In this document: one piece after another, positions 51,099 through 64,000 of the stretch
Layout: each line of letters opens with the position of its first letter
Numbering within the stretch: position 1 is the stretch's first letter
Assembly: GCA_963818475.1 (NCBI GenBank)
Contig: CAWFSF010000002.1
Coordinates: forward strand, 96,001 to 160,000
Length of the DNA stretch: 64,000 nucleotides
Reading direction: 5' to 3'
Origin: Nitrospirota bacterium
Lineage (GTDB): Bacteria > Nitrospirota > UBA9217
Program-made: the position numbers and the translations under genes
Notes under the pieces: generated by a model
What the model saw: only the letters and a program-made list of their open reading frames with translations
Told to the model about the DNA's origin: nothing
Databases searched by the model: none

Positions 51099-52977
51099 AT
51101 GCTCCAGGTCGCGAATATAGAGAAATCCTACGGCAAGCAGACGCTGTTTGACGGCGTCAGCTTTACGGTAAATCCCGGAGAACGCGTGGGCCTCGTGGGC
51201 CGGAACGGCCACGGCAAGTCCACGCTCTTCCGCATGATCCTTGGGGAAGAGCACCAGGACGACGGCACGATCACGACGCCCTGCGGGCTACACCATCGGC
51301 CATTTGTCGCAGCACATCCACTTTACGGAAAAGACGGTCCTCGAGGAGGCCTGCCTCAGCCTGCCGCCGAACGAAGACCACATAGACGAGACCTATAAGG
51401 CCGAAGCGATCCTGCACGGCCTGGGCTTCACCAACAACGACTTCGACCGTTCTCCGGACGAGCTCTCAGGCGGCTACCAGGTGCGCCTGAACCTCGCCAA
51501 GGTCCTGGCCTCCATGCCGAACCTTTTACTGCTCGACGAACCCACGAACTACCTCGACATCCTCTCGGTCCGATGGCTCACGCAATTCCTCCGTGCCTGG
51601 CGCGGAGAGCTTGTCATCATCACCCATGACCGCGAGTTCATGGACAGCGTCTGCACCCACACCATGGCGATCCACCGCGCCAAGATGAAGAAGGTCGCGG
51701 GCAGCACGCGAAAGCTCTACGAGCAGATCCTGCTCGAAGAAGAGATCTACGAGAAGACCCGCCAGAACGACGAGAAAAAGCGGAAAGAAACAGAACAGTT
51801 CATCAACCGCTTTCGCGCCCAGGCCACCAAAGCCAGCGCGGTCCAGTCACGCGTCAAGGCGCTTGCACGGCATGAGCAGCTCGACAAGCTGGAGGCGATC
51901 AAGAACCTCGAGTTTTCGTTCCAGTCGGCGCCTTTTTCGGCCAAGTGGCTTCTGAACACCGAAGAGCTCTGCTTCTCCTTCACCGACGACGGGCCCAACC
52001 TCATCGACGGCCTGACCTTTGCCGTGGGGAAGAAGGACCGCATCGCCGTCATCGGAAAGAACGGCAAGGGCAAGACCACGCTGCTCAACCTGCTGGCCCG
52101 GGAACTGCCGCCCTCCTGCGGCGAGATCAAACACCATCCGAACATGAGGCTCGCCTACTTCGGCCAGACGAACATCAACCGGCTGAACCCGGCCAAGACG
52201 GCGCTCCAGGAAATCATGGACTCCCACCCGGACCACGCCCACGGCATTTCGCGCTCCATCTGCGGCGTCATGATGTTCGAAGGGGACAATGCGCTCAAGA
52301 AAGTGAGCGTGCTGTCGGGCGGCGAGAAGAGCCGCGTGCTGCTCGGCAAGCTCCTTGTCTCGCCGGCGAACCTGCTCATGCTCGACGAGCCCACGAACCA
52401 TCTGGATATGGAGTCCATCGACTCGCTCATCGAAGCGATCGACGTGTTCGACGGCGCGGTCATCATCGTGACGCACAGCGAACTGATGCTGCACGCCCTG
52501 GCAACCCGACTCATCGTGTACGACAACGACACCATCAGCCTCTTTGAAGGGACCTACAGCGACTTCCTCGAACGGGTGGGCTGGGGCGAAGAGGGCGGGC
52601 CCAAAAAGAAGAAACAGAAAAAGAACGCGGACACGAGCGCGAACACCAAAGGCAACGGTGCCAAGGACGCCAAACGTCAGCGCACCACGCTCATGAACGA
52701 CCGCTCAAAAGCGCTGGGGCCGATGGCTGCTCAGATTGCTTCCCTAGAAGCGACCATAACGGGGCTCGAGCAAGCTGTGGAAAAGGACACGCAGGCGCTT
52801 GCGGCTGCTTCCTCCAGGGGCGAAGCCCTCGCGATCAGGACGCTCTCGCATTCCTTGCGCGAGAATCAGCAGAAGATCGATACGCTCTTTGCGGAGCTTG
52901 AAGCGCTCACCGCGAAACATGACGCGAAAGCGCAGGAGTATGACAAGCAGTTGGCTGAACTGGCAGAGGTATCGTAG
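51099..52977 (+). CDS. ABC-F family ATPase (frameshift near 51283)
   Basis: Two NBDs (GRNGHGKS, LSGG, LDEPTNYLD; [22 protein letters not shown]), no TM, coiled-coil tail. Confidence 0.92.
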
Positions 52978-53081
52978 TTGCTGAAGAAAAATTCAGGTGG
53001 ACAGGTCGGGGCTGAAGGTGGAATTTTCTTTTACCTCAGCCTTCAGCCCAGGCACCTTAGTTTCCGCTTGCCCGTGGTGCG

Positions 53082-54176
53082 TTATTCCTTAAACGTCCAG
53101 TAGGAATTCAGAAAATAATTGATGAACGTGGCAGGCAGAATGCCCGCGGCCTGATGGACCTGAGGAATTCCAGCCGGATCGATCCGGCTGAGCGCCACAA
53201 AGGTGGCGTAGCTGACGCCGAGCGAAAGAACGGATACAACGTTAAACTTTACCCCCCGGATATGGATCTTGTCCTCATTGTCCCTGCTTCTGAAGGTCCA
53301 GAAATTATTCAGCAGAAAATTCGTGACAATGGATAGTTCGATCGCCAGGGGAGAAGCAATGAACTTGCTCAAACCCATACTCATTAATTTCGTAAAAGAG
53401 ACCAGATTGACAGCCACGCCGATCGATCCGACGGCCGAAAACCGCAAAAAGGTCTTGCTCCGCTCGAACCGGATCCACCAGGCATTGAGCATGAACTCGA
53501 CAATATCGGAAAGCCCCAGTTTCGTCTCCCCTCTCTTCCGGTCAACGAACTCGACAGGGATTTCCCGCACCTTCGCATGATTCAGGATCGCCTCATGAAG
53601 CAGCGATATCTGAAAGGCATAACCCCGGACCTTGAGCGCATCGAGATCGATCTTTTTGACGACCGATGCCCGGATCGCCCGAAAACCCGCTGTGCAGTCC
53701 CGGACCGTATACATGCCAGCTACGTACCGGGCAAATACGTTTCCCCACCGGGAGTTCATCCTTCGTAAAAAACTCCAGTCTTTGGGAATTTTACCGCCTG
53801 GCACATATCTGCTGCCGATCGCAAAATCCGCCCCCCCCGCGACAGCCTCGATCAGCCGCGGCACATCCTCGGGTTTGTGGGAAAAGTCCGCATCCATTTC
53901 CATAACAACATCGGCCTGCAGCTCGGTGATCGCGACTTTCATGCCCCGCACGTAGGCCGCGCCCAACCCCTGTTTTTCACCGGTCATTAAATGAAGGTTC
54001 GGCCATGCAGTGCGCGCAGCCCTGACGATCTCCGCGGTGCCGTCCGGCGAATTATCATCAACGACCAATATATGCATGTCGTGCGGGATCTTCCTGAATT
54101 GTTCCTGCAGCGCGTGCATGATGAGTCCGATATTGTCTTTTTCATTATAGGTGGGCAAAATAACGACGATCTTCAT
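53082..54176 (-). CDS. Polyprenol-phosphate mannose synthase-like GT2 fused to a GtrA domain
   Basis: PTYNEKDN, VDDNSPDGT, MDADFSH and D.TAGFR motifs; C-terminal NFLLNNFWTF GtrA motif. Confidence 0.9.
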   Translation of the reverse strand: MKIVVILPTYNEKDNIGLIMHALQEQFRKIPHDMHILVVDDNSPDGTAEIVRAARTAWPNLHLMTGEKQGLGAAYVRGMKVAITELQADVVMEMDADFSHKPEDVPRLIEAVAGGADFAIGSRYVPGGKIPKDWSFLRRMNSRWGNVFARYVAGMYTVRDCTAGFRAIRASVVKKIDLDALKVRGYAFQISLLHEAILNHAKVREIPVEFVDRKRGETKLGLSDIVEFMLNAWWIRFERSKTFLRFSAVGSIGVAVNLVSFTKLMSMGLSKFIASPLAIELSIVTNFLLNNFWTFRSRDNEDKIHIRGVKFNVVSVLSLGVSYATFVALSRIDPAGIPQVHQAAGILPATFINYFLNSYWTFKE

Positions 54177-54250
54177 ATGTATCACCTGTGATGCGTTAAT
54201 TTCTGACGGCAGATCAGCGAAGAGCATGGGGCCGCCCATTTTGCGTGCAT

Positions 54251-55513
54251 TCAGACGCCGGTCGTGTCGCTCGCGGCTGCCGTCATGGCAATTGCTTGAC
54301 TTTCGCTCCCCTGCGCGGGCTCTGTATAGAGCCGGAAGAACAGGTATGCCGCAAAGCAGGTCGCTATCAGCGGGGACACCCAGAATGCTTCCGCGTGCGG
54401 CGTAAGCGCCTTGTCGATGGGGCGGCTGCCTATCAGGACCGCCACCATGCCCGCCAGGAAGAGGCCCTGGCCGAGCCGTTTCTCCGCCAAAAATGCGAGG
54501 GAGAGAAAAACGGCGATTGACGGGCCGAGCATGGCGTACGTATTATTCTCTGTTCGCGGGCTGAACAGGATCAGGTAGAGAGCGGCCATAGAATAAACAT
54601 AGATCGCCGAACGGTTCGCATCGTACCGACGCCGGGCCAGGAAACAGAGCGCCAGCGTCCCGAAGGCGGCGGCGATGCGGACCGCCATCTGGACCTGCTC
54701 CGTCAGCTCCACGCCCACAAGCCGCAGTGCGCTGAACGGCGACGTCCACCCCTGGACCACCACACCCACGTGTGCAGCCGTGGTTGAGTTGTGCAGAAAT
54801 GCCGCATACTGCTGCAGGACGTATGCGGGACTCTGCGTTAAAAAAGGTGCAAGTGCGAGAGCCGCCATGCCCAGAACCAGGCGCCAGGTCATGGGACGAT
54901 CGATCGCCATGACCAGCAGCACCAGCACGATCGCGAGCGGTTTCATCGCCACGCTGAGCGACAGCCACAGCACGGCGCGCCACCAGCGGCAGCGTGCAAT
55001 ATCAGCGATTGCCAGGAGCATGAAGCCGGCCATGATGAGCGTGGCCTGTCCGTTCTTGGCGCAGTCCCACGCCAGGGGGATCGCAACAAGCGTCATCAGC
55101 GGAAAAAAGGTCTTGCCCGAGCGCTCATGCCCGAGCCAGGCAAAGCTGCGCAGTCCCAGTGCGAACACGCCGGTGTTCACGAGACGCCAGAGCACCTCGG
55201 CCATTGCCTGGGGGATCATCGCAAAGGGCGCGAAGAGAATGGCCGCCTGGGGGAAATAGACAAATCCCCCAACTCCTGAGCCGTCGTACAGACCATGACC
55301 GGCGAACCAATTCACCGCTGCGGTCCGGTAAGCGGAAACGACCGACCGGTTGCTTCCGGCTATGATCAGCGCAGCGGTCACGAGAAACAGCGCCATCCAG
55401 CCGAGCCACGCGTTTTTGTCAGACTGTTTATCGCTTGCCGGCACCCTCATGCCCTCCCTCAAAATTCTGCAGACCTGTTCGTTCGTCGCATCGATCTCAG
55501 CTCTCTGCGGCAT
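54251..55513 (-). CDS. GT87/DUF2029-like membrane glycosyltransferase
   Basis: FVYFP..AILFAPF, NGQ and KP motifs, about 10 TMs; adjacent to the lipid-sugar donor synthase. Confidence 0.75.
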   Translation of the reverse strand: MPQRAEIDATNEQVCRILREGMRVPASDKQSDKNAWLGWMALFLVTAALIIAGSNRSVVSAYRTAAVNWFAGHGLYDGSGVGGFVYFPQAAILFAPFAMIPQAMAEVLWRLVNTGVFALGLRSFAWLGHERSGKTFFPLMTLVAIPLAWDCAKNGQATLIMAGFMLLAIADIARCRWWRAVLWLSLSVAMKPLAIVLVLLVMAIDRPMTWRLVLGMAALALAPFLTQSPAYVLQQYAAFLHNSTTAAHVGVVVQGWTSPFSALRLVGVELTEQVQMAVRIAAAFGTLALCFLARRRYDANRSAIYVYSMAALYLILFSPRTENNTYAMLGPSIAVFLSLAFLAEKRLGQGLFLAGMVAVLIGSRPIDKALTPHAEAFWVSPLIATCFAAYLFFRLYTEPAQGSESQAIAMTAAASDTTGV

Positions 55514-55757
55514 GCTCCGGAAAAACGGTCTTTTTTCAGTTAAAACTGCCAGACTTTATCAGAATTAAATATCCTTATCAAGCCAATTTTTTCCACGTGC
55601 GACAGGCCAAAACAACATTTTCGCTGCTTTCTCCAGATGGCGCAATTTATCCACGGCATATCCCTGAAATCGGAAGCTCAGGCCACCGGTGGAGTTCGGA
55701 AAAAAAGAAACGTCACGATTTTGGCAGCCGTTCCTGGCACCTTCAGCAAGCTGACCA

Positions 55758-55782
55758 TAAAAAAGGGAGCCTTTCGGCTCCC
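55758..55782 (-). terminator. Intrinsic terminator
   Basis: GGGAGCC-loop-GGCTCCC with an A tract on the + strand left side. Confidence 0.75.
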
Positions 55783-55833
55783 GGAAATATACAACGCAAA
55801 TTAGTTCCTGTCCTGATAGCCGCTGCGAAGAAC

Positions 55834-56361
55834 CTACTTCCCGGCCTGCTGCAACTGCGCGATCACATCCTTGATCTGCGCTGCATCACGCGCGTTCGGT
55901 GAAAGTTCAAGGTACGTCTTGAACTCCTTGATGGCTCCCTCGCTGTCCTTGAGATCGAAACCAAGAACGACCCCGAGGTTCCGGTGGGCGTTCGCGTGGC
56001 TGGGCGTTATCTTGATTGCCTTGCGGAACTCGGCAACTGCCGCCTCGAACTTGCCCATACCACGCATACAGGTCCCCATATCGACCCTGACGTTCGCGTT
56101 CTTCGGATCCAGTGCAAGGGCCTTCTGATAGGAGTCAATAGCCTCGTTGAACTGCTGCGTATCCATCAGCGCGTTGCCCAGGGCGATCCATCCGTCCGCT
56201 TTGCCTGGATTCATTTTCGCCAGCGACCGCAGGTTGTCGATCTGCTGGGCCGTGATCATGGCCTGCGGAGGAGCGACCACCTGTTTATTAGACGCTTCCT
56301 TCTGCTGACAGCCAGCCACTCCGAACAGCATCACCAGTACTGCACAAAACAGTATTCTCAT
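55834..56361 (-). CDS. TPR-repeat lipoprotein
   Basis: VAGC lipobox and three canonical TPRs. Confidence 0.88.
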   Translation of the reverse strand: MRILFCAVLVMLFGVAGCQQKEASNKQVVAPPQAMITAQQIDNLRSLAKMNPGKADGWIALGNALMDTQQFNEAIDSYQKALALDPKNANVRVDMGTCMRGMGKFEAAVAEFRKAIKITPSHANAHRNLGVVLGFDLKDSEGAIKEFKTYLELSPNARDAAQIKDVIAQLQQAGK

Positions 56362-56451
56362 AGTTACCTCCCCTAAGATAATGGTTTTTTGAGAGCATGG
56401 CTCTCCAACATTCCGGAAGCCGTCTCATGCATTCTATCAGCAGATACCCGC

Positions 56452-56769
56452 TTACGTCTTGATGAAGGAACAACAATAATCGGACAGTTTGGAAACCTTG
56501 AGCTTGAACTTTGAGTTGGCCGCGACCTCGAACGCTTCCCCGCCCTTCACGGCCTTCCAGGCGGCCTGTCCCGGCAGCAGCACCTCGAGCTCGCCGGAGA
56601 GGATCTCCATAAGTTCCTTGTCAGCGGTCCCGAACTCGTATTCGCCCGGCAGCATCACGCCGAGGGTCTTCTTCGATCCGTCGGCGAACAGCACGGTCCT
56701 GCTCACGACCTTGCCGTCAAAGTAGACATTCGCTTCACGGACAACGGTTACATTCTTGAATTCAGACAT
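56452..56769 (-). CDS. ppnP: Pyrimidine/purine nucleoside phosphorylase (DUF1255)
   Basis: [25 protein letters not shown]...E.MEI and YCCSF motifs. Confidence 0.9.
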   Translation of the reverse strand: MSEFKNVTVVREANVYFDGKVVSRTVLFADGSKKTLGVMLPGEYEFGTADKELMEILSGELEVLLPGQAAWKAVKGGEAFEVAANSKFKLKVSKLSDYCCSFIKT

Positions 56770-56795
56770 AAGAGCACCTCCGCAAATCTTTTTTT

Positions 56796-57107
56796 ACCGC
56801 AGAGGACGCAGAGGAAGGCCAAATCCTTCACAATCCATTGACCATCCTCTTAATCCCTTCTTTCACATGCACGACATTGGAATTAGTGACGCAAACCGAG
56901 TGACTTCTTGCTCAGCTTAAGATATGAAAGGAGCTGTGCCTCGTGGATCGGTAGAATTCTTTCTACTTCTTTCAGTTCCACGCTCACAACATCTTCGACA
57001 ATACAACCAGCATCGATCTTCAAGCCATTTATTTTCCCCTGCATCCTCCGCAGTACTATGCCTTATTTCTCCTGCATATCTCTGTTTTCCTCTGTATCCT
57101 CTGCGGT
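56796..57107. mobile_element. Inverted-repeat element (CGCAGAGGA type) enclosing a decayed GxxExxY gene
   Basis: ACCGCAGAGGACGCAGAGGA ... TCCTCTGTATCCTCTGCGGT; AT-rich interior. Confidence 0.65.
56828..57029 (-). pseudogene. GxxExxY protein remnant (5'-truncated, internal deletion, frameshift)
   Basis: Manual translation NGLKIDAGCIVEDVVSVELKEVERILPIHEAQLLSYLKLSKKSLGL / NSNVVHVKEGIKRMVNGL* aligns with the C-terminal half of 3466..3840. Confidence 0.85.
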
Positions 57108-57121
57108 GAGCAGATTTGGAC

Positions 57122-58802
57122 TTACCTCGTCAGGTGCCGGTACTTGATCCGGTGCGGCTGGTCAGCCTCGGCGCCGAGCCGCTTTTTCCGGTCTTCCTCG
57201 TACTCGGAATAGTTCCCGTCAAAGAAGACCACCTTGCTGTCGCCTTCGAAGGCGAGGATGTGCGTGGCAATGCGGTCCAGGAACCAGCGGTCGTGGCTGA
57301 TGACCACGGCGCAGCCCGCGAAGTTCTCGAGCCCTTCTTCGAGCGCCCGCATGGTGTTCACATCGATGTCGTTCGTGGGCTCGTCCAGGAGCAGCACGTT
57401 CGCCTCTTCCTTCAGGATCCGCGCGAGGTGCACCCGGTTCCGCTCTCCGCCCGACAGCACGCCGACCTTCTTCTGCTGGTCCGTGCCGCCGAAATTGAAG
57501 CGCGACACGTAGGCGCGGGAGTTCATCAGGAGCTTGCCGAGCTGGACCTGCTCCTGGCCGCCGGTGATCACCTCCCAGATGGTCTTGTTCGGGTCGAGCA
57601 CGTCGCGGCTCTGGTCCACATAGCCCGAGCTTCACGGTCTCGCCGACCCTGATCGTGCCTTTGTCCGGCTTGTCCTGGCCCGTGATCATGCGGAAGAGCG
57701 TGGTCTTGCCCGCGCCGTTCGGGCCGATGACGCCCACGATGCCGCCAGGCGGGAGCATGAAGGACATACCCTCGACGAGGATGTTGTCGCCGTAGGCCTT
57801 GGTCACGTTGTCGGCCTCGATCACGACCTTGCCGAGCCGGGGTCCCGGCGGAATGTAGATCTCCAGTTCCTTGCCGCGCGCCTCGGTCTGCTGCCGGAGC
57901 AGTTCTTCGTAGGAGCTGATGCGCGCCTTGGATTTCGCATGCCTGCCCTTGGGCGACATCCTGATCCATTCGAGTTCGCGCGCCAGCGTCCTCTGACGGT
58001 CGCTTTCGGTCTTCTCCTCCTGCTTCAGCCGGTTGCCCTTCTGCTCGAGCCAGGACGAGTAGTTCCCCTTCCAGGGAATGCCCTGGCCGCGGTCGAGCTC
58101 CAGGATCCAGCCCGCGACATTGTCGAGGAAGTAGCGGTCATGGGTCACGGCGATGACCGTGCCCTCGTATCGCTGGAGGTGGTGTTCGAGCCAGGCAACG
58201 GACTCGGCATCGAGATGGTTCGTGGGCTCGTCGAGCAGCAGGATGTCGGGCGTCTGGAGGAGCAGCCGGCAGAGCGCCACGCGCCGCTTCTCTCCGCCCG
58301 AGAGGTTCTTCACCTGCGCGTCGCCTGGCGGACAGCGCAGCGCGTCCATGGCCATTTCAAGCCTGCTGTCGAGCTCCCAGGCGTTCAGGTGGTCGAGCTT
58401 CTCCTGCACCGTGCCCTGGCGCTCGATGAGCTTGTTCATCTCGTCGTCGGTCATGGGATTGGCGAAGCTCTCGTTGATCTTGTTGTACTCGGCAAGAAGG
58501 TCGACGGTCTCCTGCACGCCCTCTTCCACGAACTGGCGCACGGTCTTCTTCTCGTCGAGCTTCGGCTCCTGTTCGAGAAAGCCCACGCTATAGCCGGCTG
58601 AGAGCACTGCCTCGCCTACAAATTCTTTATCAACGCCTGCCATGATGCGGAGCAGCGAGCTCTTGCCCGAGCCGTTCAGGCCGAGCACGCCGATCTTGGC
58701 GCCGTAGAAGTAGGACAAATAAATGTCCTTCAGTACCGGTTTTTTGTCGTGGAGCTTTCCCACGCCGACCATGGAATAGATGATCTTGTTCGGTTCTGCC
58801 AT
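57122..58802 (-). CDS. ettA: Energy-dependent translational throttle protein EttA (frameshift near 57622)
   Basis: [53 protein letters not shown] and HRIKYR motifs. Confidence 0.93.
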
Positions 58803-58983
58803 AGAATGCTCTTGCGACCTCCTCAAAAATATAGGCTCTTTTGTACACTGTAATGAGGTAATGTGTCAACTGCTATTTCTGGGCGCGCATTGCCCGGCCA
58901 TAGGTTTTCTGCCGTATGATGCGCGTCATAGCAGGTTCCGGCGTCCAGGGTGTACACTGTTGCAATTACTCAGGAGGTGTGCT

Positions 58984-59205
58984 ATGAAAGAACTGAACGT
59001 TACGACTATAGAACCGAGGAACAGACATCCGCTTATATTCAGCACGTTCGACGGGCTGCAGAAGGGCGAGGCATTGGTCCTGACCAACGACCACGACCCC
59101 AAACCGCTTTATTATTCGCTGCTCCATGAGCGGGAAGGCCAGTTCGAGTGGGAATATCTTGCTCAGGGACCTGAGGAATGGAAGGTGAAAATTGCCAAAA
59201 AATAA
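58984..59205 (+). CDS. DUF2249 domain protein
   Basis: RHPLIF..FD.L..GE...L.NDHDPKPL...F.WEY...GP..W.V.I pattern; AGGAGG RBS. Confidence 0.88.
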   Translation: MKELNVTTIEPRNRHPLIFSTFDGLQKGEALVLTNDHDPKPLYYSLLHEREGQFEWEYLAQGPEEWKVKIAKK

Positions 59206-59410
59206 GCCGGAGACGAAGAAAAAGGTCCAGCTGCTGTTGAATATCGATTACGCACTGTGTCAGGGCTGCGGCGGGTGCGCCGAGGCCTTTCCGCAGTATT
59301 TCGAGATTCGGGACGACAAAGCCTGGATCATCAACGCTGACAAGTTCGCCCCCGAAGACAAGGACGGCGTGCTTCATGTCTGCCCGTATTACGCGATCGC
59401 GGTGGAGTAA
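59192..59410 (+). CDS. Single-cluster ferredoxin
   Basis: CQGCGGC ... CP..AI motif. Confidence 0.82.
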   Translation: MPKNKPETKKKVQLLLNIDYALCQGCGGCAEAFPQYFEIRDDKAWIINADKFAPEDKDGVLHVCPYYAIAVE

Positions 59411-59544
59411 GACCGCGCCGATTCATGAGGATCGGCATGATCGGCAGCAGGTCTTTCCCGTGCACTTTCCTTGCCCGGTCGGGAAAAAAGGCGCTAAGAG
59501 ACGCCTTCCCTGTTCCTCCTGCTACGCAGCGGGTTGAAGACGGG

Positions 59545-62352
<2,808 letters not shown>

Positions 62353-62405
62353 GACGGTTCTCCCATAGTAATTAAAAATAAACTTCTTAAATGAAAGAAA
62401 AAATC

Positions 62406-62503
62406 TGCCACAAAGTCACCAAGACACGAAGAAGGACTAAATTAGAGTTAATTAATCTACAAAGTTTGTATGAATTTCTTAGTGCCTTCGTGTCTTCGTG
62501 GCA
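62406..62503. repeat. Empty inverted-repeat element, CACGAAG type, inside the atp operon
   Basis: TGCCACAAAGTCACCAAGACACGAAGAA ... TTCTTAGTGCCTTCGTGTCTTCGTGGCA. Confidence 0.85.
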
Positions 62504-62526
62504 CATTCAGTTTCCGCTTGTCGGCG

Positions 62527-64000
62527 TTACGTGACCGGCGCCAATGCGGGCGATTCCGTCCTTTGCCGGAGAAAGTCCCGGGTAAACAGGCTCACGGCCT
62601 GCACCAATATTTTTTCCGTGTCCTCGGACAGATCCTTCAGCTCGCCGATGCTTGGAAGCACGGCCGGGTACTGGGATGCCATGAAGGTGAAGAGCGCCTG
62701 TTCATACGCCTTGACCTGCTCCACCGGCACCGCATCGAGATACCCGTTGACCGCTGCATAGAGGAGGACGATCTGCTTCTCCAGCGGCAGCGGGTTATGC
62801 TGGTCCTGTTTTAGCACCTCCCGCTCCCGCTCGCCCCTGGTCAGCTGGTCCAGCGTTGCCTGGTCGACTTCCGCGCCGAACTTGACGAACTGCGCCATCT
62901 CGTGGTACTGGGCAAGGTCAATGCGCAGGCGGCCGGCCACTTTTTTCATCACCCGCGTCTGGGCCATGCCGCCGACCCGGGATACGGACAGCCCCACATC
63001 CATCGCCGGCCTGGAGCCCTCGTTAAACAGGCCGGCATCGAGAAAGATCTGCCCGTCGCATATGGAAATGACATTGGTGGGGATAAAGGCGGAGATATCT
63101 CCTCCCAGGGTCTCGACGATCGGGAGCGCGGTAAGGGAGCCGCCGCCAAGGTCGTCCCGCAGACAGGCGGCCCGTTCGAGCAAGCGGGAATGGACATAGA
63201 AGATGTCGCCGGGATAGGCTTCGCGTCCGATCGGCCGCTTTAGCAGCGCCGAGATCTCCCGGTACGTGACCGCATGCTTGCTCAGGTCATCGTAAATGAC
63301 CAGGGCATGACCGCCGCTGTCCATGAATTCCTCTCCCATGGCGCAGGCCGCATAGGGAACGAGGTAGCGGAATGCAGGCTCTTCGTTGGAAAAGGCAACG
63401 ACAATGATGGTGTACTCCATCGCACCACGCTCCTGGAGCGTATGGACCACGCGGGCCACCGTCGACGCCTTCTGGCCGATCGCCGCATAGATGCAGATGA
63501 CGCCCGCGCCCCTCTGGCTCAAAATGGTGTCAACGGCGATCGTGGTCTTGCCGATCTTCCGGTCGCCGAGAATCAGCTCGCGCTGGCCACGCCCCAGGGG
63601 AACGAGCGCATCGATGATCTTGATCCCCGAGTGCAGCGGCCCGATCACCGGATGACGCTTGACCACGCCGGGCGCCACCCGCTCCACCGGCTTAAACTTT
63701 TCCGTTTCTATCGGTCCTTTTCCATCGATCGGCTGGCCCAGGGCGTTTACGAGCCGGCCAACGAGCGCCTCGCCCACCGGGACCTGCAACAGACGGCCGG
63801 TCCTTTCCACGACACTTCCCTCTTCAATCTCCTCCTCGCGTCCGATCAGGAGGCACCCCACGGAGTCTTGCAGCAGATTGAAGGCGATGCCGTAAACATC
63901 GTGCCGAAAACGGACGATCTCCTGAGAACCAACACCCCGCAAGCCGGAAACGATCGCAATGCCATCGCCGACCTGAAGGACTTCTCCGATGTCGGTCAGT
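62527..64000 (-). CDS. atpA: F1 ATPase alpha subunit (5' end outside the window)
   Basis: GRGQRELILGD, YDDLSKHA, GREAYPGD and PTNVISICDGQ motifs. Confidence 0.96.
   Translation of the reverse strand, partial: LTDIGEVLQVGDGIAIVSGLRGVGSQEIVRFRHDVYGIAFNLLQDSVGCLLIGREEEIEEGSVVERTGRLLQVPVGEALVGRLVNALGQPIDGKGPIETEKFKPVERVAPGVVKRHPVIGPLHSGIKIIDALVPLGRGQRELILGDRKIGKTTIAVDTILSQRGAGVICIYAAIGQKASTVARVVHTLQERGAMEYTIIVVAFSNEEPAFRYLVPYAACAMGEEFMDSGGHALVIYDDLSKHAVTYREISALLKRPIGREAYPGDIFYVHSRLLERAACLRDDLGGGSLTALPIVETLGGDISAFIPTNVISICDGQIFLDAGLFNEGSRPAMDVGLSVSRVGGMAQTRVMKKVAGRLRIDLAQYHEMAQFVKFGAEVDQATLDQLTRGEREREVLKQDQHNPLPLEKQIVLLYAAVNGYLDAVPVEQVKAYEQALFTFMASQYPAVLPSIGELKDLSEDTEKILVQAVSLFTRDFLRQRTESPALAPVT

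Overview
A gene-dense bacterial chromosome segment with high-GC coding regions. The gene content (2-oxoacid:ferredoxin oxidoreductase, PPi-PFK, rubrerythrin-like proteins, UGA recoding) suggests an anaerobe, possibly Nitrospirota- or deltaproteobacteria-like; this placement is inference only. Housekeeping genes include a heme-c sensor two-component pair, UbiA, an Aas-like ligase, glgB, corA, hrcA-grpE-dnaK-dnaJ and Hsp20 with CIRCE operators, moaAC, two ABC-F proteins and atpAGDC. About ten conserved genes carry single-base frameshifts that look like sequencing or assembly errors. Five items are not visible in the ORF track. (1) A family of intergenic inverted-repeat elements built from triplicated 6-10-nt units; one encloses an intact GxxExxY (PD-(D/E)XK-like) gene, one encloses a decayed GxxExxY gene, and the rest are empty. 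(2) A 20-aa Cys-rich micro-ORF directly behind a radical SAM/SPASM gene, a candidate RiPP system. (3) A c-di-GMP-I (GEMM) riboswitch with the A20 variant linked to 3',3'-cGAMP sensing, a long P3 insertion and an overlapping terminator, heading a 12-kb PEGA/TPR/beta-propeller/peptide-ABC operon. (4) A probable selenoprotein of thioredoxin fold read through an in-frame UGA. (5) A duplicated sigmaE-type promoter in front of the DUF4349 and VIT-vWA genes. No rRNA, tRNA or CRISPR array was recognised.
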